This document shows positions 36,108-49,646 of a DNA stretch of 64,000 nt, one piece after another. Each line of letters begins with the position of its first letter. Position 1 is the first letter of the stretch. The position numbers and the translations under genes were made by a program. The notes beneath the pieces are model-generated. The model searched no databases, was not told where the DNA came from, and saw only the letters and a list, made by a program, of their open reading frames with translations. Source of the stretch: Amphiscolops sp. MND2022 (taxonomy: Eukaryota); NCBI GenBank assembly GCA_964187785.1, contig OZ076409.1, positions 12,898,001 to 12,962,000 on the forward strand. Reading direction: 5' to 3'.

Positions 36108-37899
36108 TCTCAAGAAAATGTGACGGAGCTGTACAGGTTGGTGATGTTCACATTGGTTCTTTTAGGTTGACTTCGATGAACATCGTATTAATAAGAATGT
36201 ATGGGGAGTTGCTTTTGAATAGTTGGCTGTATGGGATCAGGAAGGGGACACATATGCTCGGATTCCAAAAACTGTTGCTGGGTCGTATATAACAAGCTGG
36301 GTTTTGGTTGTCTTTTGGGTTTACTATTTTTGTCCAAGTGTCGCCAGGTTCGCTCAAATTACACTCATCAATTCGGAAGATCAATTTGAAATGCCAAAAA
36401 AATGGGTCAAGTTCTCCAAGAAGGATTTTGACAACTCGTGAAGCACTTTCTCCAGTAGCAGGAGAGCATCAATAGGGGTAGGGTTTCATATCGAAACGGT
36501 ATCCGTGAGTTGATGTGTAGAACGGAGGACTGTGAAATTTACAAGGTATTTTGGGATGAGGGTCGATACCTTTTTGCCTTTCTTGTTCACCAGCCTTTGT
36601 TTTATCAAACACAACGCTGAAGGAGCTAAGTCTCCAGCTTAGTTCTTTGTCTCTTCAGCAATCAATGCTTTGAATGCGATCTTAAAGATCCATTGTTGGG
36701 CGTTGGAGGGGTTTGAGTGCAGCAAGTCGTCTTTGTGTTTCTGTTGATTAGGGCTCGGTTGGAGAGAGTGTAGGCAGAGGAGTGTTTACAGGTCGTTCAA
36801 CAGTAGGCGTTATGGTTTTCTTATCATGGATAATGAATTGAAGGTTTTGGTCGACAATTCGGAGCTGCTGAATACTTTTGTCTTGTTATCTTCGTAGATT
36901 CTTTTTGTGCTTTAGTTGTTCGAACATACTTGCAACTTGTATTTGTGTTGCATGTAGGTATTGAACGTTTTTGAGGTTGCTGAAAGGGAACTTGCAAAAG
37001 AGCATTTTCATCTGTGTGATGTCGTTGTTGGTGCATGTAGGTTGGCTACGATTTATTAGTTCATTCCGTAGTGTATTAATCTCGTTTTCTATAGCAGCTA
37101 ATTAAGGTTGAGTTCCTCTAATAATTGTTTTTTTTTCATTTTCAGATGCAAACAGAGATAGCCCGTAGGGGTACTGATAGTCTCTGATGTTTAAGAGCAG
37201 ATTTTCAATGGTGAACTCTTGTCTTTTTGAGTCCCAGAATTTTTTTCACTGGTTGACGTTCTCTTTGAGGAAATAGTTGAGAATATAATGAAAATCTGGG
37301 GTTTCTGGTTATCGGATATTTCTGGGCGGCTTCTTCACTTCTTTTTTGTTTTTCCAATGCTTGTTTAAGTGAGTATATTGTTTTCTTCTCTTTAATGATA
37401 CCGTTAAAACTAATGTATTGGTATGATATGGAGGAGTAATAGTGCCTTCTAAGAGCGTCTGATTGAGAGGTTGAGAAGTAGGCGATTCGGCTGAAACGAT
37501 GTCGAACAAAGGAAATCAGGTATATCTTTCTTTCTTTGTCAGGGTCTCTTTCGAAAGGAGATGTTCCAGATCTGATGAAAGAGAGGTGTGCTCTGTCAGC
37601 TTTTGCTAAAATAGAATATAAGAAAGAAATAGGAGATACTGTATCTAAACGATTACTAGGTGGCAGACAATTTATGACAGAGTAGATGTGTTCGGAGACA
37701 TCTTGATTGTAAGTGCTGAATGTTGTCATTGGAATATCTCTTGTAGTAGGATTGAACATCGAATGAAAGATTGAAACCATAAATAGGTTGTAATTTGCTG
37801 ATGAGAGAGTTTTTCCAAATCCAACAGAAGCTCCAGCGAGGCGATGTATTTCAAATGCTCTGACGATAGTTACTGTTACATCTATTATTGGCTTCACGA

Positions 37900-38800
37900 A
37901 TAGAAAAACTGCAAACCAAATACCACACTTTTCTAGTCAATATCCGATTGGTCCAAAAGTATGTCTGAATTTACTCTCGAAGTGTCCGGGAGACATCATA
38001 ATATCAACAAAGAAGTCCATTCTGGGAGCATAATAAACATTTTTAACAGTGTTATTTTCTGAGTTAGAGGGAACGATGTAAAGCGTCTAACGTTCTTTGT
38101 CTTCTTGCTGAATCACATTTCATCGGATTTTCATGTCAAATGCACCATAACTGAAAGCAACAAACAAAGATTCGTAGGTTGTAGGATATACATCTGATGG
38201 TTTACAACGAAGCTTTTGTGATCTGTTCTTGATTTCAAATAGGTATATGTTTTCTGAGTCGTTTCAGCTAACAATATAATATTGGTCGTCATTTTTGATC
38301 AAATCTACGTACTCTTCTTTTAGTACGGTGAGAATACAATTGTCTGGATTATCCCATACATAAGCGTATGGGTCGAGTATTGTGCTGTCACATCTCAATT
38401 CGACTAGTTTGCAGTGAGAGGTCGTCCATTTCTGCTCTTTACAGTTCCATCTCTTAGTTTAACGTTCAGTGTGATGTCTTGGATGTGAGTTTCAAAAGTA
38501 ATTTTTCCATCCTTTCCAAACCATGGCGTTCATTTTTGAATGTGTCGTCTGCGTCGCCATTATATTTGAGATGTTCAACTACTCCCTTTTTCTTTGAGAT
38601 TTGGTGATTCTAAAGAGTTATTGGGGATCCTTCGGCTGCACGTCTGCATTGTGCAAGAGATAAATCGAGGTTGGAGGTAATCGTTTTTTGTTCGATATCA
38701 ATGCTGTAATGGTCATGCTTTCCACAATATAATCTGTTTCTTAGATCTTTACCGCTGCATTTGGTAGCGTTATATTCTGTTCGAAAATGATGAAAAAAAA
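37900..38800 (-). pseudogene. Envelope glycoprotein remnant resembling chuvirus / herpes gB-like class III fusogens
   Basis: Hand translation: NATKCSGKDLRNRLYCGKHDHYSI..LSLAQCRRA; TFETHIQDITLNV; CKLVELRCDSTILDPYAYVWDNPDNCILTVL; stops and frameshifts between blocks. Confidence 0.6.
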
Positions 38801-38849
38801 TAAATATTACTAATGAAAACGGTACTCCGAAAATACTTCAGACAATTTA

Positions 38850-39205
38850 GAAAAAGAAAGAAAGGTAGACTTGCTAACCTTGAAATGAAAAGGATGCTTT
38901 GCTTTCACTGAAGCCGTGAGGAATTTTGCATTCGACGAAGCAGAAGCACAGCTGTTGCTTTTCGGTGGAGCAAAGAGATATCTGTAGCGCTTGGTAATAC
39001 AGTGAATGTTTTGTTCAAATTGAACTGAAAAGAAAGAAAGGTAGACTTGCTAACCTTGAACTGAAAAAGAAGCTTTGCTTCCAAAGAAGCAGTGAGGAAT
39101 TTTGCATTCGACGAAGCAGAAGCACAGCTGTTGCTTTTCGGTGGAGCAAAGAGATATCTGTAGCGCTTGGTAATACAGTGAAAATTTTGTTCAAATTGAA
39201 CTGAA
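38850..39205. repeat. ~177-bp tandem duplication
   Basis: AAAGAAAGAAAGGTAGACTTGCTAACC...GGTAATACAGTGAA..TTTGTTCAAATTGAACTGAAAA occurs twice. Confidence 0.9.
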
Positions 39206-42200
39206 AAGAGAGCAAGGAATGAATTCTGCTAGAAATTAACAAATTAGTCAACAAATGATTGATAGTCTTTTTCGTAAAAGCCTTGATAAATACACGTCTA
39301 AAACTGTGTCTTCCCGGTTAAGAAAAATGTACTGTTTTAAACAGACAAAAAGAGCGAGAAGATGTTTATAGACGGCAGAGATTGATACTAAGATCGTTAC
39401 TTCTTGCCTGAGAAAGAGAGAGTTAAGAAAAGGCAAGGCCACATGTCCAAAACCCGTGTCTTCCTACCAAAGAAAAAATGATAAAGTTAGGGAGTTATTT
39501 ATAGACAACAGAGTTTGATGAAAACCGTCGTTTGTTCGTTACCGTGTCTTTGTCAAACTTTGTGACAAAACGTAAAATTGAAACATACGTCTATACACCG
39601 ATTTCCGTTGAATAATGCAACGGAGTTATTTATACAAGGCAGAGTTTGATATCAAAATCGTAACCGTGTTGTCTTGCAAGGCTAAAATTGAATACGCACG
39701 TCCAAATCCCGTGCCTTCCTGCTAGAGATAAGTGATCTTTTTTAGATCGAAGAAAATTGACAGCAGGGCATATTTATACACGGCAGAGTTCGATGCGGAG
39801 ATCGTTACGGTGGCTTGCACCTGAGAAAGTTGAATTAAAGAAGGTTTAATTTATCACAGTACACAGTATTAAGATGAAATTATAAAATGAAAAATATGAA
39901 CAGATTTAATTAAATTCGGCAGGCTGAGGTTTTCTTTTGCTTTTGAATTGTAAAACTCTTCTAAGGAGCCAGGTCCAGATTCCATAAAAGAGGACAGTTA
40001 GTCCAAAGAGGTAGATCAAAGGTTCATTTTGATGCTGAGTTATGTAGGTGCAGTGAGTTGCCAATGGCAAGTTCGGCAAGAAATTTAGTTTCTTTTTCTA
40101 CTTTGATGAAGACTTGTCAGTGAGCCTAATAGTCTATTCCTTTTAGCTGATAACCAGATTTGGTGTTGATACGACCACAGTAATTGTTTCACCATTAGGA
40201 ATTCAGGACTCTCGTTGGGTTTGTCTGAGTTGTATATAGGTACTGGTAAATATAGTGAAACTGTATCAATTTTCTCTTCTTCCCAGAAATTGTGGATGAA
40301 TATTTGTTGGTCTATTTTTTTGGGTTAAATTTTGTGGGAATTGATTTCTAGGTACTTTAGGCTGTAGATGTGAGAATACATTTCGTAGCCAAATTTGTCT
40401 CACAATTTCTTATCGTATATTGAAGCTCATTCAATTTTATTAATGCTACCGTTGTATCGGCTAACTCTCCAAGAACGTGGAGATGGTATTGAGACGGGTG
40501 TGGTTCTGGGTTGTGGGCGTAATTATCTAAAAACCCTGATAACTGGGCTTCAAGAAAACTGTATTCTTCGAGTTTGAAGTTTGTTATTTTATTTCTGTCG
40601 TTAGTGGGATGTAGTTTCACAGCGACGAAACAGTGTAAAATTGGTGACCACCTGAGTTTGGTGATTATGAAGTCTTCGGAATTGCTTCGGGTTGTTATTG
40701 TCCAAGGGCAGCTGAAATCTATTTCATTAAAATCGCCTTCATCAAAAATTATGTTGATCGTTAAATCTATTGTCAGCGGTTTTGAAAAAATCAAAAGGGG
40801 TTGCTCCAACAAAAAGGAACAGGTAATGAAAATAGATCCAGTGAATCGATGTAGGGGGTACAGTGACAAATTTTTTTTCTTTAGTCTGATGGTGCTGCAG
40901 AAAGACGTGAAAAGTTGATTTCTTATTTCTGATTCCTATAGAAATTATTTACCCTGTAATAGTCGTCGTTTATCTTGAGATACATTTGCTAGATTCGTCA
41001 GTTGATTTGTGTAGTCCAGACTAGGCTAAAATGCAAATAAAAACAAGCGTCTCTTCTTACTTTGTAGAATTCATTTTCCAATCTTACAGACGCGAGCGCG
41101 AAAGAGTTGGACAAAAACTACTCTTTAGCTAAATTGCTCAAAACAAAGGAGCTTGGGGTCAAAAGCTGATTCATGATATTAATTGGAGAATGAGGTGATT
41201 GGTGATTAAAATGAGATTAATATAAATTAAACATGAAGTGAAAAATAATTTTTAAAGACAACAAAGGAGTTTTGCGGCAAGGTATTTTATTTGTTCTATT
41301 AAGGAGGAGCTGAAGTGTCTGGAGGCTAAAATGAAAATTAGTTATGAAGTTGAAAAGATAGTAGACAAAACATGAACAAAAGCACTAGCTTAGTTCTATT
41401 GTAATATGACGCACGTGTGAAATTACTGATCAGTGAAACGAAGAGTTGAACAATGTAATCTTTTGTTCATTTGAAGAGGTTGAGGTACTTGACGGCTGAA
41501 AATGAAAGGTAATCTTGAAGCTAAAAGATAGACAAAGACCTTTAATTGTTTTTTATGTGAGATAAAGATAGAATGATCAAAGCAGTTCTTTAGAGAAGTT
41601 GAGTTGTTTGGCGGCTGAATTTGAAAAGATGATTATAAACAAAAGCGACACGTGAACAAAAGTTCAATTTGAAGAGAGACGTTGACGAGATAAATGAAGT
41701 TTGAACAAAGTATAAGTTTTATTCTTTAAGACAAAGTTGGCTATAGAAGCATTATTTTGTTCTTACTTTACTGAACAAAGATTACCAAACATTAATCATT
41801 TATTATAATAACTTACAAAACAATAAATTGTAACAGATGGATAAGGGATATTGTTGCGGGGTCTTGTTTTGTTACTGTAGCGTCTTCTTTGTTTTCTTCA
41901 TTTTGTCTTCTGGTTTTTGTGTCGTGAGATCGGGTGTTTTTCGGTGTTGTTATTTTCTTGTTTTTTGAATTCTTCTGACTATATAACTACGAAGTAGTCC
42001 CACCGCCGTTGAACAGAAACTGAAAAGTGTGAAAATTGCCCCCACGAAGTGTCTGGGTTGATTATCGGGAAAAATTATGAAGTAGGGTGTGCTGAAAGTG
42101 AAAGTTCATCTCGTGTGTTTCCACATTGTTTTGCTGAAATTTGGGTAGTTTGAACGATCTGATTTTGCCTGTTGTTGATGCAATTGAAGAAGTGTGGGCA

Positions 42201-45200
42201 TCATTCTTTTGTGCCCAAGAACTCACTACTGTTAAGTCGCTAGTGAGTGACCTACAGCAACCAATGTTAAACATGGGTGCTGTCTGTCCTCTTGATTTGG
42301 ATCAGCGACTTATCACTGCTTTGCAGATAGTGACTGACTCGGAAGACGTAGTATGTTTATCGTTTTACCAGTTGTTGTTGTGTTCGTTTCTTGTCGTAGT
42401 TTTATTATTTTGTCTGAGTGGAAGAAAATGTTGGTTGGGTCGTGAATTTTCTTTTTTGCTTTAGTGGTTGTCTGTTTTGACAGTCCATGTGATGCGAAGC
42501 AGGATCAGTTTCCGGGAATTGAAGAATATTCAGCGGCGATCATACGCTGGATTGATTCGTCTGGCGACGAAAAAGGTGTCGTTAGATTGAAATGGGAGAG
42601 TACCAGGCAGCAGTAAATTTTTTTACGTGAACCACTATTTATGAAAGAAAAGGAGGGGCTGTCTTTGAACTGTTTTGTTGTAATGTAGTTTTTAGTCTTT
42701 ATGTCCTTTTCTTTCTAAATATCGTAGTGAGCTATCAGGATGAGAGCGCTTGTGTTTTGCTTTTACTTATGATGTGAGATCAGTAACTTTGTTTATTAGG
42801 AACACGAATAGGCATAGGAGTCAAAGAAAGTATAGGAGTTTTGTTGTGGCGGCAACGGTGAAATCGTTAAAGTTTGATAATTGTGATCATCATTCGTATA
42901 AGTAGCAGGAGATTGAATTCCTGAATCAGCATTAGGCGGAAAAGTAGCGTGGTTTTTTTGATTTTGTTGAAACTTCTCAATAATATCTCGTAGTGGTGAG
43001 AGGATGAAAGCCATAACATCGAGAGAACATTTTTGTTGATCCGAATTGTAGTTCTCACTTTGTGACAGCACTAAATGATCGCAGAAAACACTATCTTCTG
43101 TTATAGGCGCGAAGTTAGTGATTAAAGGAGGGAGTCTTTCCTCATGAGGAAATTTTTCAATGAGGTGATTACGATGAGTAACTTTGATATTTTTTGGAAT
43201 AGCGTCCTCTTGAATTTCGTATGTAGCTATCGTTGTTTGTTTTGTGACTGTAAAAGGGCCTACGCGTAGTTGTTTCAGCTTTTGTGATCTGCTCAAGTCG
43301 GCAATGTGATTTTCTAAGAAAACTTTTTGTCCAATATTGATCGGTCGTCCATGATTGAATCAGTTTCTGTATTCGTGTGCTTTAGAAGTGATTTGGCGGC
43401 ATCGTTGATAGGTTGACGGGAAAATTCGCTTGAAGTCGTTTTCACGAGCAACGAATTCAAGTGAATGTTGTGGTCTGAGTAATCGGTCCAGGGATTTGTT
43501 CGGTAGCGAATTTTCACTGTGTGTATGAGGTTTCAGTCCATCGCAGTAATCGGCTGTGCACTGTTTGTTTTTGTCTTTGATTAATCCGAAATTTAGCCTC
43601 ATCGGAACATGCGGTTTTGTCCCAAAGACTGTTTACTAGGGGGTAAGCCTCGAGATAGATTACACTTGTGTCATGAGCGAATGCAAAGTTCGGTGCTAGT
43701 TCTGTCCAATTGTTACCTGACTCGTTAGTGAAGTTTCTCCAGTATCGTGTGAGGTGTTAGTTTTGTACTTCTACTTTAGCGTTTTTCATGGCGAGTATGT
43801 TGTTCGTGGAGCAAAATATATTCCAAATTCTTTAGTCCAGTTGATGAAATCACTGTTGATGAAAAATGTCATGAGTTTCCATGGGGCGTTTATCCGACTT
43901 CTTTACCCAACTACGTCTTTCTGTAGTACTCGGTCATTGAGTTGTTCTTCAACGAGTCTGTTTACAAAAAGATCAGCAGTTTTTCCAAAATCACTCAATT
44001 TCTGTATTAGATCTTTTGTATCTACTTCTGGGTGTAATTCTGAGTCGATGTTTGCTTTTAGAATTCGTTTTTGGGACTGGTTCTTTCGGATTGATTCGTT
44101 TGCAAAGGAGAAATCCTGTAGGAATCCGGGGTCCAACTGATCGAAGTTTAGTTCAGCTATTTCATAATAGCTGTCGTAGTCATCAACACGTAGTACTTCA
44201 ATTTCGCTGTAAGGATCTTTTTTATGTGCTGTAGTTCGTGAAGTAGGGACAAACGTCTGAACAAAGTCGTTTGTTTTGGTTTATTGTTTTCCGAGTTTGA
44301 AACAGTCTGCCATGTCTTGCATTGTGGTTGAGATTTCGTTATCTTCTATGTAATCTTCAAAATGCTGTTCTTCACCATCGTTCGTCAGGTGTAGAACTTT
44401 TTTGTCATTTCCATGCTGACAGATTATCGGAAAGCAGTCATTGCAAGAAATATCCTGACTATTTTCCTGTGTGATATTGTAGTGCATTTGGTCTCCTTGT
44501 TCATCAAAGAAAGATATTTTTTTCGGTTTGTCTTTGTGCTGTTACTGCAGTTTGTTGATGTCAGACAGTGTTACATTTCGACTTAGTATATCTGGGAAGG
44601 CTAGGTTTGAGCCTGGTGTCCAGATAATCTTCAAGTTATGGAATTTGTTATAATAACTTGGTACTTGAATAACCGATGAGAGAGTTGTCCTTTTCGTCCC
44701 CAAAGGTAGAAGATAGGTTTGTGGTCACAGTAAAGGTAGATCGGAAATGGAGAGCCGACTATGTAGTGTTCATACGTCTGCAGTGCAGATGCAATACCAC
44801 AAAGTTCTCGGTGGAGAGTAGACATCTTTTTTTGCTTTGCCATACACGCGAGAATTGAAAGAAACTATTCGTTTTCCTTGTGGAAAATGTTGAACTTTTA
44901 TACATCCAGTTCCTACGTTTGAAGAGTCAAAATGAATGTGAAAAAGGTACTCAGTTGAGGATCTGCTAGATTTGTATCCTCTGAGACTCTCTCTTTTATC
45001 TGGTTGAAGAGTTCTTCAAGTTTTTTGGTCCATTTGAAATATGTAAACTATTTTATTAGCTCATAGGATGGTTGGCTATCGACGTGTAAATATTTGGTGT
45101 AACAACTATAAAAGCCTAAACATCTGAGTACTTTCTTTACATCTCGTTTGCGTTCAAGAGATTTCAGATTTTTCAAATCCTGGATTCTTTTAGCTACTGG

Positions 45201-47889
45201 TTGTATTCCATCTTGAAATATAACGTAAAGAAAAAGTTTTACTTTTCTCAAGAAGAAGAGCGTTTTGTCTGGTGTTGGTTTCAGTCCACCGTTTCGTAGG
45301 AGCTGGTGATATTCGTGTATAATAGTGAACATTTCGCATTTGGTTTGCGATTGGAGTAGGCTGTCATCAAGGTAGGTGATTGCTTGTTTTTTTTCACCAG
45401 AGGTTCGAAGTTAATTGCAATCATTCGACTGAACCAGTGTGGAAGTCCACAGAGTCCGTAAAATCAAACTTGATAGGTGTTTTGCTTTCCACTTACTATG
45501 AAACTAGATAGTTTCTGAGTTTCTTCGCTGGGAGGTGCTTGGTGGTATGCACAAGAGAGATCACTTGCTGTGAAGTATTTGCCGTTGATTCTCGTCATAA
45601 TCATTTGGACTGGTTCAAGTGGCCAGGAATAGTTTGTCAAGTCGGTAATAGAATTTAGATACCTTGCGTCAATACCAAGTTTAACAGAGTCAACTTTAGG
45701 TGGGAGAATGATTGGATTCACAAAGAGTGAACCGAGTTCATCATCGTCTCCCAACTCTCTAATGATTCCTGTTTTTTGTAATTGTCCCAGGATTTTTTCA
45801 GTTTGTCTTTCATGTGAAGTGGAACTTTACCAGGACGTGTTGTTTGCGATTTCTGAGTTGCTTTTGAGAGTGACGTGAAATTTCTGTTTGGTTTGACCAA
45901 TATCGAATTTGTGCTGTGAGAATACATCTCTGTATTCAATGATCTTATCTATGAGTAAAACAAGTTTTTCGTCTTCTGAGTCAGTGTATTGGAAATCAAA
46001 TTGTTTGATGAATTCTTTTTTCTTAAGGTTGATATTGTAGGCAGTGGTCGATGAGATCATCGTTTGGTTCTTCAGGTCGTAGTATGGAAATATGTTCTTT
46101 GCACGGAGGTTGACAAGACTTAGAGTCCTTTGTAAAGTCTGTTTCTAGTTCGTTCTTTTCTTTCGTCCACTCGTTCGTATAGTTGTCAATTTCATCTTCT
46201 ATGCAAGTTTCTGAGTTTGTAGGCTTGTTAACTGTTTTGCAGTCCAGTTCGTTTCTGGAGATGATTTGTTTGAGAATTCCAGAGTCATTGAATGTATCTT
46301 GTAATGTTTTGAGTACTTCATTCCGAGAGAATTTGTCAAGTCCACAATCATTCTTTGGTATTGTTGTTATGTGAGCGTTGTTGAGTAGAGCGTGGCCTCT
46401 CACATTCTCAAGTGATGTCCGAAGATTCTCCAGAGTAGGTTTTTAAAAAAACTTGTTTTTCGTGACCAGATTGCATATGAATCTATTCGAATCGTTATCC
46501 CAAAAAGGAAAGACTGATCCTACAAAGGCTTTAGATTTTTAGCAAAATACTTGTATTCCATTGATGTGGTTAGTGATAGTTTTGGCAAACCCTTCTCTCA
46601 TCTTTGCCTTTACTCATGTGAAGTGAGCAATGGCTGTTTCTAATTCAAAAATTGTATCATCGTTCCCGTAAATGAAACGTCTCCCATGCTTGAAGTCTGT
46701 TTCATGTGGCAATGTCGAGTGTAGCAGAAAAAATTCATTGTACTGATCGTTTTCAGATAGTATGCAGTCGGCAATTTTAATAAAATCCTGTAATTGGTAT
46801 TTTGTTTGTTAGTCAATCAGTATGTCTAGCTCTAGAGTAACCCAGAGTGTCAAGAGTTATCTGATGATTTTTGTTCTTTTCCATGAGAATTGGTTGGTAT
46901 TCTTCCGACTGAGTACAGAGTACATTCACAAAGTCTAATCCAGAAGCGGCCACTTTTTGATGAGGAATGAAGGTTGTTCCTGGTGCAAAGCTTGTTCGTT
47001 CGTCTTCGGCTCGGTATTTGTAGACACGAGAAGTTTTAGCATCGATGTGTATCTGATGTGGTATTCGTATTGCTTTGATTAGTGACAGGTAAGGGTAAGG
47101 TTCGGTAGCACAGAGGCTGCCGTAGCAAATAGCGATAGGCGTATCTTTGAGTCGTAATGCCAGTAAATCAAAGTGGAGTTTGGAGATGTACTTTCTACAG
47201 AGTTTTATGCCCAATAGATTTGCGGTTTTTGTTTCTGTTATCCAGACTTGTAGTTGAAAGGAATATGGCCCATCAGAATCAAAACTGAAATTGAGTGTAG
47301 TATGACCCAACATTGGTATGATTTTCCGGTGTACGTTCTCGTTTTCTGTTTACTACTCACAACTGTGATTAGTTGAAGGAACTGAGCGATTTCACTTAAA
47401 GTGCGGTAGTTGAAGATAGAGCAAGCTGCTCCAGTATCGACCATGAGTTCGATTTCAAGTCCACTATCTTTATTATTGTCTCCGGCGGGGAAGTAGAAAA
47501 CATTCATATGAAAACGTGGTTTGAAGTTACCTTCTTCATCTGGCTGCAGAGACCTTAGCAGTTTAAAGCAAACTAGTTGGAGATTGAGTTTATCATCTCC
47601 TGAGAGTCGTCATTTATGAATTGTACGTTATTAGAAAGGGCATTAAAATTATTCTAAAGAAAGGTTAGGTTATACTGAGTGTTGGAGTTGTTGTTCTGTC
47701 TCACAGCAACGTTGTAGTTGTTTTCTCCACTGCGCTGATTCTGTCCTGGATTACAGTTGTTCTGATTTTTGAAATTTTGGTTTCTATTATACGGTTGACT
47801 GGAGTTTTTACTAGACCTTTGTTGAGAGTTGGAGTTGTAGTTTTGAGAATCGAAGTTGTTATAGTTTTTCGAACAGAAATGTGGTCCTT

Positions 47890-48390
47890 TTTAAACGGCG
47901 TTTTCGAAGAAAATCCCGACTCTTACAGTGGCTAGTTTTTTTTCGTCAGTTCAACGCGTAACGTCCACTTTTTTGTTCATTTGTTCAACATCTTACTTAG
48001 CCGAGGTAAACCCGGATATTACTTCGAATACATTGTTTCAAAGTTCCGATGGTTCAAAGTTTGGATATAACGTTTTCAAAGTTCGAATGTTCAGATATAA
48101 CGTTTTCAAAGTTCCGACATATCTTTTTTTTCGGCATTGAAACTCAGTTTTTTGGGCATTGAGACTTTTTTTAAATTTGTTTTTCACCAAAAGTGCCCCT
48201 CCAGTTTTTTTGACGATTTTCGACAGAATGGATGAAAAATCTAAAAGTGTCCCCTCTGGTGCGCCAATTCGGTTCAACTTTTGGGGTTTTTTTGGGTGCC
48301 GTAGAAGAGAATACTTTGACCCTTCTAAGTCTTTTTGCTGTTTTTGAGCCTTAGATATGGCGTCGACTTGGGCCTTTCCCGGTGTTTTGG
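47890..48390 (+). mobile_element. Helentron-like non-autonomous element inserted between gag and protease
   Basis: 5' CGGCGTTTTCGAAGAAAATCCCGACT hairpin; 3' GATATGGCGTCGACTTGGGCC end. Confidence 0.65.
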
Positions 48391-48886
48391 GGGTAGCTCT
48401 CAAGCTAATACGGAGAAACGCAAAGATAGAGTTCAAACTAGATAGATTGAGGGAACTCAAAGATAGAGTTCAAGCTAAAGATTGGGGTCTTGTTCTCAAA
48501 CAAGAAGACTAAGATTGATAACGTTTATTGACGTTTTCTTATCACGATAACGGTATGAATATAAATGAGTGAAATTAGAGACAATAGTGGGGAACTGGTT
48601 GTTAGCAGGTTGTTAACCAGCAAATTAGGCATTTAAAGCCAAAGGGGCAACAAAAAGGTCTCAACTGGTTGTTTACATGTATGTAAAAACAACGTTTACA
48701 ATAGTGAGCAATGGGTGGTAAATTGTTTATCAAATGAGCAATGTAATTGCTGTCAAGCTAAGTGATTGATCAAAATTAAAGGTGAAAGAATAAATAGACA
48801 AAGAAGCTAAAAAAAAGCACTGTCGCAGATTCGAACTCGCGCAGACCGGTTCGAAGGCAAAGACTGATCCACTGTGCTAAGTGGAC
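48390..48886 (-). mobile_element. tRNA-derived SINE-like insertion (tRNA-Arg(TCG)-like head at 48817-48886)
   Basis: On -: A-box TAGCACAGTGG, anticodon loop CTTCGAA, B-box AGTTCGAATCT; acceptor stem only partly paired; 3' extent uncertain. Confidence 0.55.
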
Positions 48887-49646
48887 TAATAATTACTGCG
48901 CGATCATTGTGATGTCATGCGCCAACACCCGGCTTGTCTCTTATTGTAGTCATTAGTGAAAGTTGGCTTTCTCTGCTGATTATCTCGATTGTATTGGCGT
49001 TTTCTTTCATCATCAAAAGCTTCAATTTTACAGTATTGTAGAGTGTGTCCATTGCGTCTGCAATAGCCACAGAACCGAGTGGCATTCTGTCTTGATTTGC
49101 TATTGACAACATTGATTCTTATGTTAGCTTGATTCAGAGCATTTACTTGATGTTCTCTCAGAAGTGTTGAAAGTTCTCTGATTTGTTTCTCTAACGAGTC
49201 TAGTTTGGAGTTCTGGTCGTTAGTTGAGTTTGGTACAAACAGTGATCTAACTGAATAGACCTAATCTTTTTTGGCTATGTGGTTTTTAAAATATTCGCAA
49301 GTTGTGTTTGGGTTTTCTATAAGATATTCATGAGCTTTACTTTTAAGTCCTGAAGGTTTTAAACCTCTGATTGTGAAGTCAATGTTTTTCTGATTTCTCA
49401 AGTTTTGTTGAGCGTCTTTTTCATTTTGGTTAGCTCAGGCATCGGTGGGCCATCCTTTATCTACTGTTTGTATGACTCGAAGGTAGAAGTTTCTGATCAA
49501 TTCTTCCTTTCCTCTGACACAGTTTTCAGCAGTTTTTCTGTGTCTATATTTGTCTTTGTCGTCTGAAAGGCAAGTCACGAAAACTGTTGACTTGTATCCA
49601 AGTAGGTAATGGATTCCCTACGTTAAATCCTTAATTCCATATATAT

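Noticed and set aside
48817..48886. Functional tRNA-Arg(TCG) gene
   Set aside because: Acceptor and anticodon stems pair poorly and it sits in an insertion within gag; treated as a SINE-like head
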